A DNA stretch of 36,958 bases, taken from the IMG/VR virus record IMGVR_UViG_2897346870_000003, positions 1 through 36,958 of that record. One strand, given 5' to 3'. Source of the DNA: a virus (Duplodnaviria; Heunggongvirae; Uroviricota; Caudoviricetes). Every line of letters begins with the position of its first letter. The stretch's first letter is position 1. The notes under the pieces are model-generated. The model was not told where the DNA came from and made no database searches. It saw only the letters and a list, made by a program, of their open reading frames with translations. Shown here in pieces: positions 1 through 7,562 of the stretch. Both the position numbers and the translations under genes were made by a program.

Positions 1-1131
1 TCACCATGCTACTTTGCTCCATCCTTTGCCTCGGTCGTCATGATAACGATCGGTTTGTTGTTGTGTTTTGTGACCAAGTAGTTTTTGTGTATCTAACCCC
101 TGTTCTTTATACAGGCGTTCAGATAACGACCTTTGCTCATGGAATGTTGCAGGTGAACCTTTCCCCCAGTCAATTCCTGCTAAGTCCCTCGCTTTACTGA
201 AATTCATCGTCAATGTGTTAGATTTAACCTGTGTTCCACGTTCAGCCTGTGAAGTCGTACGGGAAAAATGTACAAGGTATGGGCTGACTGCATAGTCACG
301 GCAGCGGGCTACTACATCGCGTAAACTCCAGTTAATCGCATTGAGGTGAAGAGAAAGAGGAATTGCGATTTTGCTCCCGGTCTTTTCCTGAATGACGTGA
401 AGATGATCCTCCCAAATATCACTAAATTTCATTTTGGATATATCTCCCAAACGCTGCCCAGTGACTAAAGCTAGGAGCATGGCATTTCCCATGTAACGAT
501 GAGTGGCGTCTGCGATATCGAATATTTTTTGCCATTCTTCCAGGCTGAGGCGTTGACGGGTAATTTTTCTTCTTGGTTGTTTAGTGGCTAATGCTGGGTT
601 ATAGCCAGGCGGAACTTCGCCGTAATGCTGTGCTTCCTTAAACACATCGATCAATACAGACCTTACGACTTGGGCCATTCTCGGCTGTCCCGCAGAGATA
701 TACTCTTCAAGCAATTGTGCTATATCTCTGACATCAACGGCTGAGATCAACTTCATTCCTGCTCGTTCCCTGAGCAAGGATACTGGTTTAGCTTTTTGCT
801 TATAGGTGTTGAGTCTTATATCACCACTTTTGAGCCTGTCATCCTGGATCGCTTGATAGCGATCTAACCAGGTTGACGTTGTTATCGCTTTTCCTTTACT
901 GGTTGCGATCCTGTCACTGATGGCCAGAATCTGCCGGGTTCTTTGTTCAGCCAGGCGCGTATTGGCTTCAGTGGCAATAGCGATAGCTTCAGCTTCGTTT
1001 GTTCCCAAAGCATGGAATTTCCCTGTTATTGGATGCTTATACCGCCAATAGACTTTATTTACCTTCCTACTATAAAGCGGATATAAGTTAGGGACTGAAA
1101 CATTATTCTTACGCGGTCTGGCTGCCATCAA
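1..1131 (-). CDS. int: Tyrosine integrase (lambda Int family), complete; stop codon at window positions 1-3
   Basis: 376-aa ORF; C-terminal HxxR...Y region (LLGHKTQQQTDRYHDDRGKGW) resembles the lambda Int catalytic tail as recalled; N-terminus is Int-like. Confidence 0.95.
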   Translation of the reverse strand: MMAARPRKNNVSVPNLYPLYSRKVNKVYWRYKHPITGKFHALGTNEAEAIAIATEANTRLAEQRTRQILAISDRIATSKGKAITTSTWLDRYQAIQDDRLKSGDIRLNTYKQKAKPVSLLRERAGMKLISAVDVRDIAQLLEEYISAGQPRMAQVVRSVLIDVFKEAQHYGEVPPGYNPALATKQPRRKITRQRLSLEEWQKIFDIADATHRYMGNAMLLALVTGQRLGDISKMKFSDIWEDHLHVIQEKTGSKIAIPLSLHLNAINWSLRDVVARCRDYAVSPYLVHFSRTTSQAERGTQVKSNTLTMNFSKARDLAGIDWGKGSPATFHEQRSLSERLYKEQGLDTQKLLGHKTQQQTDRYHDDRGKGWSKVAW

Positions 1132-1354
1132 TCAAAATCCGTTGCAAAAGTAATGAGTTATTTTTCTTAATTACTGGCGTTACCAGCTCTCCAACTAACT
1201 CGGCGTCCTCGCGCACTCGCCATAACCGACCTTGTTTCATTGCCGGTGGACAAAACAAATTCTGCTTAGCATAACGACGCAATGTGGAAACGCTTGGAGG
1301 ATTACTTCTGTATTTTTCAGAAGCCCATTCTTCAAGAGTTAACATTTGAAGCAT
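1109..1354 (-). CDS. xis: Excisionase (lambda Xis-like)
   Basis: 81 aa; MLTLEEWA...RRYAKQNLFCPPAMKQGRLW resembles lambda Xis as recalled; overlaps int start; AAGGTGA Shine-Dalgarno upstream. Confidence 0.8.
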   Translation of the reverse strand: MLQMLTLEEWASEKYRSNPPSVSTLRRYAKQNLFCPPAMKQGRLWRVREDAELVGELVTPVIKKNNSLLLQRILIDGSQTA

Positions 1355-1427
1355 ATGCGATCACCTTATTACTTCACTAACTGTTCAGTCTCTGCATATC
1401 GACCCTGCACGGTCGGTTAGTTTCTCC

Positions 1428-1516
1428 ACAAAACAGAGAAGAACACCTGCGGTGGCAGCAGCCCGGATGGATTGGGTTATGAGCCCGTCGTCCGATGATG
1501 CTCTTCTCTGTTTTGT
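1428..1516. repeat. 15-bp perfect inverted repeat (ACAAAACAGAGAAGA / TCTTCTCTGTTTTGT) flanking a 59-nt GC-rich spacer; part of a structured non-coding region
   Basis: Read directly: 1428-1442 is the exact reverse complement of 1502-1516. A further 10-bp stem at 1525-1534/1552-1561 follows. Confidence 0.7.
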
Positions 1517-1780
1517 AAAAAGGACGGTACCAGCCGGAAGCAAGGGTACAAGCTGGTACCGCCAAGACTACACACAGCATAAAGTTGTGGTGCCGGGTGC
1601 CTCCCGGTGCCTGGCGAAGGTTGTACACCAGACGGGTGGGTATCCACAGAAGGTCGACTGTCAGCCTCAACCTTAACCCGCGTGCGCTGAGCCGCATTCA
1701 CCACAACGCTAAGGATTCTCTCTGGTTGAAAATACTTAGCTGTTATGTGCCTGCTTTTAGCCACATCAGGCGAGGTGGAC

Positions 1781-1840
1781 CTGGTTATTCCCCAACAACA
1801 AGGATTCGGTTAATCTGGTTATCCCCAACAACGCAAAAGG
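1781..1840 (+). repeat. Two direct repeats CTGGTTAT(T)CCCCAACAAC immediately upstream of the 1848 ORF (candidate regulator-binding sites)
   Basis: Read directly: CTGGTTATTCCCCAACAAC at 1781-1799 and CTGGTTATCCCCAACAAC at 1815-1832. Confidence 0.6.
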
Positions 1841-1847
1841 AAAAGAA

Positions 1848-2282
1848 ATGTCCGGTAATATCTATACGCTGTACAAATCCCACTGTGAAAATGTTGGAAA
1901 GTATCGGGGCATTGAAATCAGTGGGGTAGTGTCATCAGTCGAAATAAGCAAAGTGGAATCAAGGGCAACATTACTTACTCTTCTGGACCTTGTCTTACAT
2001 GAGCACCGGAAGAAATTCGGCACTCCCTATAATCAGTTGAATGGGAAAAAGGCTCTGGTTCACCTTATTCTGATGAAGCATCACTGGATGCCAAAACAGA
2101 TTAATGAGATGAAATTTGATGAACTTCTTCTTTCAATTCAGGATGAACTCACACTTGATAAAATAAGCGTAACCGCCCAGAAATTTTTAGATTATCGAGA
2201 CTGGAGATCACAAATTCATCACTTTGATGATTTTGATGAAAATGAATGGGATCCTAATTTGTCTGCACAATATCTAAAGTAG
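1848..2282 (+). CDS. Hypothetical protein (144 aa), rightward accessory gene convergent with the leftward early operon
   Basis: ATG with AAGGAAAAG Shine-Dalgarno; no family recognised from the sequence. Confidence 0.6.
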   Translation: MSGNIYTLYKSHCENVGKYRGIEISGVVSSVEISKVESRATLLTLLDLVLHEHRKKFGTPYNQLNGKKALVHLILMKHHWMPKQINEMKFDELLLSIQDELTLDKISVTAQKFLDYRDWRSQIHHFDDFDENEWDPNLSAQYLK

Positions 2283-2460
2283 CATCCCGTGATAAAACCG
2301 TGATTTCCTGATCCAGTTTTTTTAAGGAGTCTATTGTTTCCTGTCGATAAGACAGCAATTCACGAAGCTGGTTTATAGCTGCCAGCTTCTTTGTCATCCA
2401 CTCGTAAATTTCCTCATTTGTGTATCCGGGCGCGACGATTTTTGGTTCTGTTTTGTGCAT
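2254..2460 (-). CDS. Hypothetical small coiled-coil protein (68 aa), first gene of the leftward early operon
   Basis: Start placed at the internal ATG (MHKTEPKIV...) because it is preceded by a strong GAGGAGGTG Shine-Dalgarno; sits downstream of the pL-like promoter. Confidence 0.6.
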   Translation of the reverse strand: MHKTEPKIVAPGYTNEEIYEWMTKKLAAINQLRELLSYRQETIDSLKKLDQEITVLSRDATLDIVQTN

Positions 2461-2519
2461 TTCACACCTCCTCAAGTTATCAGTTACTTGTTGATGGGGA
2501 CCAGATTGTTAAAGAGCTA

Positions 2520-2543
2520 AGCGTCCTGTAGGGCGCTTTTTTG
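2520..2543 (+). terminator. Rho-independent terminator on the plus strand (7-bp stem AGCGTCC/GGGCGCT, loop TGTA, T6)
   Basis: Hairpin followed by TTTTTT read directly; on the minus strand the stem is preceded, not followed, by the A/T run. Confidence 0.55.
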
Positions 2544-2610
2544 TTGCTAACGAATCATCCTGGACTTCATATGCCCCAGGCGGCTACTTCGTGGGCGTCC
2601 TGCCTGTTCG

Positions 2611-2655
2611 TTGTTTCTCTTGGGTACATTATGTATCTCATGGGTACATTGTCAA
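2611..2655 (-). promoter_or_regulatory. pL-like promoter (minus strand TTGACA-16-CATAAT) overlapping OL operators
   Basis: Minus-strand -35 at 2650-2655 and -10 at 2628-2633. ATGTATCTCATGGGTACAT (2631-2649) has the same 19-bp architecture as the operator at 3436-3454. Confidence 0.55.
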
Positions 2656-2694
2656 GTATGAAAAAACCTGCCGAAGCAGGTTCATAGACATTGA

Positions 2695-3369
2695 TTAGGC
2701 TTTGATTTTGTATCTTCTTGGTTTTCCTGAGAAAATCACTGTACCAATTATAGAGCAATTACCGTTGATTTTAATGTAAGGCTCAGGCCAATTTGGGTTT
2801 AACGCTTTGAGATAACGCTGTGTCCCATCTTCTATCAACCTTTTGAAGGTGGTTTCACCTGTATCGTGCATCAGTGCAATAACGTCGTCACCGTGGCAGG
2901 CAGGTACTTCAGGATCGACAAAAATCATGTCTCCCGGGCGGTACTCATCAATCATTGAATCACCTATCACCCGCAAGATATAAGTCATTTCCCCACAGGG
3001 TACAGGGCAGGGATACGTTTCTGCTGTGCTCAAATCAACCTCAGAATATCCAACTTCTTTCCATGCTCCGGCCTGTACCCATGATATGACAGGGACTAAT
3101 GTGATTTGTTTATTAGTGATTGAAACATCAGGTTTTTTTGTGATGTTCGTTGTCTGGTGTTCTTGATCGAGCCATCCGACAGGCAGGTCGAAACATTTTT
3201 CGATGTGTCGTGCCATGCTGTCACCGATATTTTTAGTAGCACCATCTCCCATAAACCTGCTGGTCTGGGTTGGCTCGCGATCAATCATAGTGGCAAAGGA
3301 AGAATTCCCGCCAACACCATCTCTCAGTTTTCTGGCGTTAGACCGCCGGATGTCATGGATTGTTTTCAT
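2695..3369 (-). CDS. cI: CI-type repressor with LexA-like S24 autopeptidase domain
   Basis: 224 aa; N-terminal HTH region and C-terminal S24-like segment (LVPVISWVQAGAW...RVIGDSMIDEY); divergent from cro across an operator region. Confidence 0.92.
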   Translation of the reverse strand: MKTIHDIRRSNARKLRDGVGGNSSFATMIDREPTQTSRFMGDGATKNIGDSMARHIEKCFDLPVGWLDQEHQTTNITKKPDVSITNKQITLVPVISWVQAGAWKEVGYSEVDLSTAETYPCPVPCGEMTYILRVIGDSMIDEYRPGDMIFVDPEVPACHGDDVIALMHDTGETTFKRLIEDGTQRYLKALNPNWPEPYIKINGNCSIIGTVIFSGKPRRYKIKA

Positions 3370-3375
3370 AACGAA

Positions 3376-3454
3376 ATTAAAACCCTTGTACCGTTAAGGT
3401 ACAAGTATCTTGAAGGTTCATTTCAATCATGTAATATGTACACCGGAGGTACAT
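3376..3454. promoter_or_regulatory. OR region: perfect 21-bp palindrome CTTGTACCGTTAAGGTACAAG (3385-3405) and operator ATGTACACCGGAGGTACAT (3436-3454), with candidate pRM and pR
   Basis: Palindromes read directly. Minus-strand TTGTAC-17-TTTAAT ends about 7 nt before the cI ATG, implying a leaderless cI mRNA; plus-strand TTGAAG...TAATAT is a pR candidate. Confidence 0.6.
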
Positions 3455-3459
3455 ATTGT

Positions 3460-3660
3460 ATGAAAGCGTATTGGGACTCTTTAACCAAAGAACAGCAGGA
3501 CGAGTTGGCCGGAAAAGTTGGCTCAACACCTGGCTACTTACGGCTGGTTTTCAATGGCTATAAAAAAGCCAGTTTTGTGCTGGCTAAAAAACTTGAGCAA
3601 TGCACGTCAGGTGCAATTACGAAATCTGACTTAAGACCGGATATCTATCCGAAAGATTAG
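3460..3660 (+). CDS. cro: Cro-like HTH regulator
   Basis: 66 aa, GGAGG Shine-Dalgarno, divergent from cI; HTH-like segment ELAGKVGSTPGYLRLVFNG. Confidence 0.85.
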   Translation: MKAYWDSLTKEQQDELAGKVGSTPGYLRLVFNGYKKASFVLAKKLEQCTSGAITKSDLRPDIYPKD

Positions 3661-3691
3661 CAGAACACTTTCAATTTTTAACCACAGAACG

Positions 3692-4255
3692 ATGAGGCTA
3701 ATCGTGGGTAAGCATCACTGGAAAATAGAAAAACAGCCTGAGTGGTACGTGAAAGCTGTCAGAAAAACTATCGCGGCGTTGCCGGGTGGTTACGCTGAAG
3801 CGGCTGACTGGCTGGATGTAACAGAGAACGCTTTATTCAACCGCCTTCGTGCAGATGGCGATCAGATTTTTCCGCTGGGATGGGCAATGGTTTTACAGCG
3901 TGCTGGTGGCACTCACTTCATTGCTGATGCTGTGGCGCAGTCTGCAAATGGCGTATTTGTGTCTCTTCCTGACGTCGAGGATGTGGACAACGCCGATATT
4001 AACCAGCGTCTGCTGGAAGTCATTGAACAGATCGGCAGTTATTCAAAACAGATTCGTTCAGCAATCGAAGACGGTGTAGTGGAACCGCATGAGAAGACAG
4101 CAATTAACGACGAGCTGTATCTCTCAATTTCGAAGCTGCAGGAGCATGCAGCACTGGTCTACAAAATCTTTTGCATTTCAGAAAGTAATGACGCCCGCGA
4201 GTGTGCAGCTCCGGGCGCCGTGGCGTGTCGTGACTGTGGAGAAACTAACGCATGA
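3692..4255 (+). CDS. CII-like regulatory protein (CP76 family-like), putative
   Basis: 187 aa directly downstream of cro; family assignment is from recalled features, not searched. Confidence 0.6.
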   Translation: MRLIVGKHHWKIEKQPEWYVKAVRKTIAALPGGYAEAADWLDVTENALFNRLRADGDQIFPLGWAMVLQRAGGTHFIADAVAQSANGVFVSLPDVEDVDNADINQRLLEVIEQIGSYSKQIRSAIEDGVVEPHEKTAINDELYLSISKLQEHAALVYKIFCISESNDARECAAPGAVACRDCGETNA

Positions 4256-4590
4256 ACAGTTTAACAACACACTACCGTCGCTCGCAACTGATTGCGCTTC
4301 CTGTACCGGGTGGAAAAGCGAAGGTGGAGTATTGCTATGCAGTAAATGTACCAGGTGACAGGGAAATTGTAACCCACAGCTTTGCTGAGTGGGCTGTGGG
4401 TGATTTCAACCGGCAGAAGGAGACAGTCCTTTGCGACAAGTTAACCGCTGGTTCAAAGATCACTACGGAGTGCCCGTCAGAGTCATTCGTTGGGAACCGG
4501 AAACACAACGTGTTATCTACCTCCGCGAAGGCTATGAGCATGAGTGCTTCAGCCCGCTCGAACAGTTTCGTCGTAAATTCAGGGAAATAG
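4252..4590 (+). CDS. Hypothetical protein (112 aa)
   Basis: ATGA overlap with the upstream gene; a more protein-like alternative frame is noted in findings. Confidence 0.5.
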   Translation: MNSLTTHYRRSQLIALPVPGGKAKVEYCYAVNVPGDREIVTHSFAEWAVGDFNRQKETVLCDKLTAGSKITTECPSESFVGNRKHNVLSTSAKAMSMSASARSNSFVVNSGK

Positions 4591-4599
4591 AGGTCGGTC

Positions 4600-5541
4600 A
4601 TGAGCACTAAATTAACCGGCTATGTATGGGATGGTTGTGCTGCATCAGGCATGAAATTATCCAGCGTGGCAATTATGGCCCGCCTGGCTGATTTCAGTAA
4701 TGACGAAGGTGTGTGCTGGCCATCAATTGAAACCATTGCCCGCCAGATTGGCGCGGGGATGAGTACCGTCAGAACGGCTATCGCACGGCTGGAAGCAGAA
4801 GGCTGGTTAACGCGTAGGGCGCGTCGCCAGGGTAACCGCAATGCGTCGAATGTTTATCAGCTTAACGTTGCGAAGCTTCAGGCAGCGGCATTTTCTCAAC
4901 TGTCAGATTCTGACCCGTCAAAATCTGACGCATCAAAATCTGACCCGTCAAAATTTGATGCGTCGAAATCTGGCAAAAAAGCGGGTTTTCACCCGTCAGA
5001 ATCTGGTGGGGATCCGTCAGTAAAATCAAAACATGATCCGTCAGATAAAAAAACTTCTCGTCCGGACGCTTCGCAACCGGACACGCAGACGGCTGAACAG
5101 GATTTTTTAACTCGCCATCCTGATGCGGTTGTATTCAGCCCTAAAAAGCGCCAGTGGGGGACGCAGGATGATTTGACCTGCGCACAGTGGCTCTGGAAAA
5201 AAATCATCGCCCTGTACGAGCATGCCGCCGAATGTGACGGCGAGGTGGTTCGTCCCAAAGAACCGAACTGGACAGCCTGGGCAAACGAAATTCGCCTGAT
5301 GTGTGTGCAGGATGGTCGTACTCATAAACAAATCTGCGAGATGTACAGCCGCGTCAGTCGCGATCCGTTCTGGTGCCGTAACGTGCTCAGCCCGTCGAAG
5401 CTGCGGGAAAAATGGGATGAGCTTTCCCTGCGCTTATCGCCGTCCGTCAGCACGTACACCGAAAAACGCGAAGACCCGTACTTCAAAGCCAGTTACGACA
5501 ACGTGGACTACAGCCAGATCCCGGCAGGATTCAGGGGGTGA
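4600..5541 (+). CDS. Replication initiation protein (lambda O-like; N-terminal HTH, internal iteron-encoded repeats)
   Basis: 313 aa; HTH-like N-terminus; the central SDSDPSKSDASKSDPSKFDASKS repeat is encoded by DNA iterons, the lambda-O arrangement. Confidence 0.8.
   Translation: MSTKLTGYVWDGCAASGMKLSSVAIMARLADFSNDEGVCWPSIETIARQIGAGMSTVRTAIARLEAEGWLTRRARRQGNRNASNVYQLNVAKLQAAAFSQLSDSDPSKSDASKSDPSKFDASKSGKKAGFHPSESGGDPSVKSKHDPSDKKTSRPDASQPDTQTAEQDFLTRHPDAVVFSPKKRQWGTQDDLTCAQWLWKKIIALYEHAAECDGEVVRPKEPNWTAWANEIRLMCVQDGRTHKQICEMYSRVSRDPFWCRNVLSPSKLREKWDELSLRLSPSVSTYTEKREDPYFKASYDNVDYSQIPAGFRG
4897..5050 (+). repeat. Origin-like iterons: about five tandem 15-bp repeats (CCGTCAAAATCTGAC-like) plus two GATCCGTCAG repeats, followed by an A-rich tract
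   Basis: Read directly within the O-like coding sequence. Confidence 0.7.
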
Positions 5542-5543
5542 TC

Positions 5544-6032
5544 ATGAGTCTTTTGAATGACGTTCAGAAATTCATTGAAGCCCATCCGGGGTGTACTTCC
5601 GGAGACATTGCGGATGCTTTTGCAGGTTACTCACGACAGCGCGTTCTGCAGTCAGCAAGCAAGTTACGTCAGAGTGGGCGTGTGGCTCACCGTTGTGAAG
5701 GGGATACACGCAGACATTTCCCGCGGCTGACTGAGATACCGCAGGAGCCGGAACCGCAACCAGTTCGTGAATCCAGACCTGTGCGCAATTTCTATGTCGG
5801 CACTAACGATCCCCGGGTGATTTTGTGCCTGACCCGCCAGGCGGAAGAACTGGAGTCCAGGGGCTTATACCGTCGTGCTGCAACGGTGTGGATGGCGGCA
5901 TTCCGTGAAAGCCACTCCCAGCAAGAGCGAAACAATTTTCTTGCGCGTCGTGAGCGGTGTTTACGGAAAAGCAGCAAGCGCGCTGTATCGGTTGAAGAGT
6001 GGTATCTGTCAGGGAATTACGTGGGGGCTTAA
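5544..6032 (+). CDS. Putative transcriptional regulator with a PerC-like C-terminal motif
   Basis: Start at the ATG 5 nt after AGGGGG; segment AEELESRGLYRRAATVWMAAF resembles the recalled PerC/Pch-family signature; unverified. Confidence 0.5.
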   Translation: MSLLNDVQKFIEAHPGCTSGDIADAFAGYSRQRVLQSASKLRQSGRVAHRCEGDTRRHFPRLTEIPQEPEPQPVRESRPVRNFYVGTNDPRVILCLTRQAEELESRGLYRRAATVWMAAFRESHSQQERNNFLARRERCLRKSSKRAVSVEEWYLSGNYVGA

Positions 6033-6358
6033 TGACGACGTTAACTCAATGCCAGCAGCAGGTGCTGGATATGCTGATTTCTTACCAGAAAGAACGTGGC
6101 TTCCCGCCAACCAATCAGGAGGTGGCTACCATGCTGGGATACCGTTCAGTGAATGCAGCGGTGGAGCATCTTCGCGCACTGGAGAAAAAAGGCGTCATCA
6201 CGATAAAGCGTGGCGTGGCCCGGGGCATCACGCTTCATACCGCGGTGAAGGACGACGACAGCGAGGTGGCCGGGATTATCCGCGCACTGCTTGCTGGTGA
6301 GGAAAACGCCAGGCTGCGTGCAGCCCACTGGTTACATGAGAGGGGGCTGAAAGTATGA
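6032..6358 (+). CDS. LexA N-terminal DNA-binding-domain homologue without the peptidase domain
   Basis: 108 aa; MTTLTQCQQQVLDMLISYQKERGFPPTNQEVATMLGYRSVNAAVEHLRALEKKGVITIKRGVARGI parallels the recalled LexA N-terminus; no S24 domain follows. Confidence 0.7.
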   Translation: MTTLTQCQQQVLDMLISYQKERGFPPTNQEVATMLGYRSVNAAVEHLRALEKKGVITIKRGVARGITLHTAVKDDDSEVAGIIRALLAGEENARLRAAHWLHERGLKV

Positions 6359-6744
6359 AGCTGATTCTGCCTTTTCCACCCAGCGTGAACACCTACTGGC
6401 GACACCCCAACAAAGTGGCATTTGCTGGTAAGAGCCTGATAAGCGCGGCGGGGCGAAAATTCCAGAGTGCGGCGTGCACAGCAATAGTTGAGCAGTTACG
6501 TCGTCTGCCGAAACCAACGTCGGCACCTGCTTCAGTGGAGATCGTGTTGTTTCCTCCGGATAACCGGATCCGCGATCTGGACAACTATAACAAGGCGCTG
6601 TTTGACGCCCTGACCCACGCGGGTGTGTGGGAAGACGACAGCCAGGTGAAAAGAATGCTGGTGGAGTGGGGACCGGTTATCCCGGAAGGGAAGGTCGAGA
6701 TCACTATCAGTAAGTACGAGAAAACGGCGGGTGCAGCCGCCTGA
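6355..6744 (+). CDS. rusA: Holliday junction resolvase RusA
   Basis: 129 aa; ...RIRDLDNYNKALFDALTHAGVWEDDSQV is a RusA-type catalytic region. Confidence 0.9.
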   Translation: MKLILPFPPSVNTYWRHPNKVAFAGKSLISAAGRKFQSAACTAIVEQLRRLPKPTSAPASVEIVLFPPDNRIRDLDNYNKALFDALTHAGVWEDDSQVKRMLVEWGPVIPEGKVEITISKYEKTAGAAA

Positions 6745-6763
6745 TCAAGAGGAGAAACGAAGT

Positions 6764-7561
6764 ATGAATAATCTGATGGTCATTGATGGTATTGAAGTTC
6801 GTCGTGATGCTTATGGGCGTTACAGCCTGAACGATCTGCACAGGGCTGCCGGTTCTCTGGATAAGCATAAGCCTGCATTCTGGCTCCGCAATGAGCAAAC
6901 TGAACGTTTAATAAGCGAGTTGCAGATTTGCAACTCGGTCAATATAGAGCCAGTTAACGTTATTCGTGGCGGAAATAACCAGGGGACGTATGTCTGCAAA
7001 GAACTGGTGTATGCCTATGCAATGTGGATCAGCCCGTCATTCCATCTGAAGGTGATCCGTACTTTCGATATGGTAACCAGCGCATCGGAAAAATTATCCG
7101 GGCAGGCTGCTGACAAGATGCAGGCTGGCGTGATTCTGCTGGACTTTATGCGCCGGGAGTTAAACCTGTCTAACTCTTCAGTGCTTGGTGCCTGTCAGAA
7201 ACTCCAGGAGGCTGTTGGCTTACCGAATCTGGCACCGCGCTATGCCATTGATGCTCCTGCTGACGCGCCTGATGGCTCAAGCCGTCCCACGCTGTCACTG
7301 AGTGCACTGCTGAAGCAGTATGGTATCCGCCTGACAGCTAATCAGGCATATCACCAGATGGTGAAGCTGGGGATCGTCGAGCAGCGCGAACGATACAGCC
7401 GTACCGCGATTAACAACATCAAAAAATTCTGGTCGCTGACAGCGAAAGGCTGCATGTTCGGCAAGAACATCACCAGTCCCGCAAATCCGCGCGAGACGCA
7501 GCCGCATTTCTTCGAATCCCGATTCCCTGAGCTGTTAAAGCTGCTCGATACCGTTCATTGA
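6764..7561 (+). CDS. KilA-N domain DNA-binding protein (antirepressor-like C-terminus)
   Basis: Start at the ATG after AGGAG; N-terminal KilA-N-like segment (MVIDGIEVRRDAYGRYSLNDLHRAAG). Confidence 0.8.
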   Translation: MNNLMVIDGIEVRRDAYGRYSLNDLHRAAGSLDKHKPAFWLRNEQTERLISELQICNSVNIEPVNVIRGGNNQGTYVCKELVYAYAMWISPSFHLKVIRTFDMVTSASEKLSGQAADKMQAGVILLDFMRRELNLSNSSVLGACQKLQEAVGLPNLAPRYAIDAPADAPDGSSRPTLSLSALLKQYGIRLTANQAYHQMVKLGIVEQRERYSRTAINNIKKFWSLTAKGCMFGKNITSPANPRETQPHFFESRFPELLKLLDTVH

Positions 7562-7562
7562 G

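Noticed and set aside
101-115. SOS-box-like CTGTTCTTTATACAG inside the int coding region
   Set aside because: Spacing is CTG-N9-CAG rather than the LexA CTG-N10-CAG, and it lies inside a coding sequence; likely chance.
1428-1516. Possible retron msr/msd given the long a1/a2-like inverted repeats
   Set aside because: The repeats are only 59 nt apart, too short for msr plus msd, and no reverse transcriptase gene is adjacent.
1377-1929. Several overlapping ORFs on both strands (1377-1697, 1452-1676, 1477-1764, 1585-1929) in the GC-rich region
   Set aside because: They overlap each other in different frames, have Arg/Pro-rich low-complexity translations typical of GC-rich non-coding DNA, lack Shine-Dalgarno sequences, and coincide with strong inverted repeats; treated as non-coding structure.
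4897-5050. Tandem 15-bp repeats as a possible CRISPR array
   Set aside because: Repeats are contiguous without spacers, far shorter than CRISPR repeats, and lie in frame inside a replication gene; they are ori iterons.
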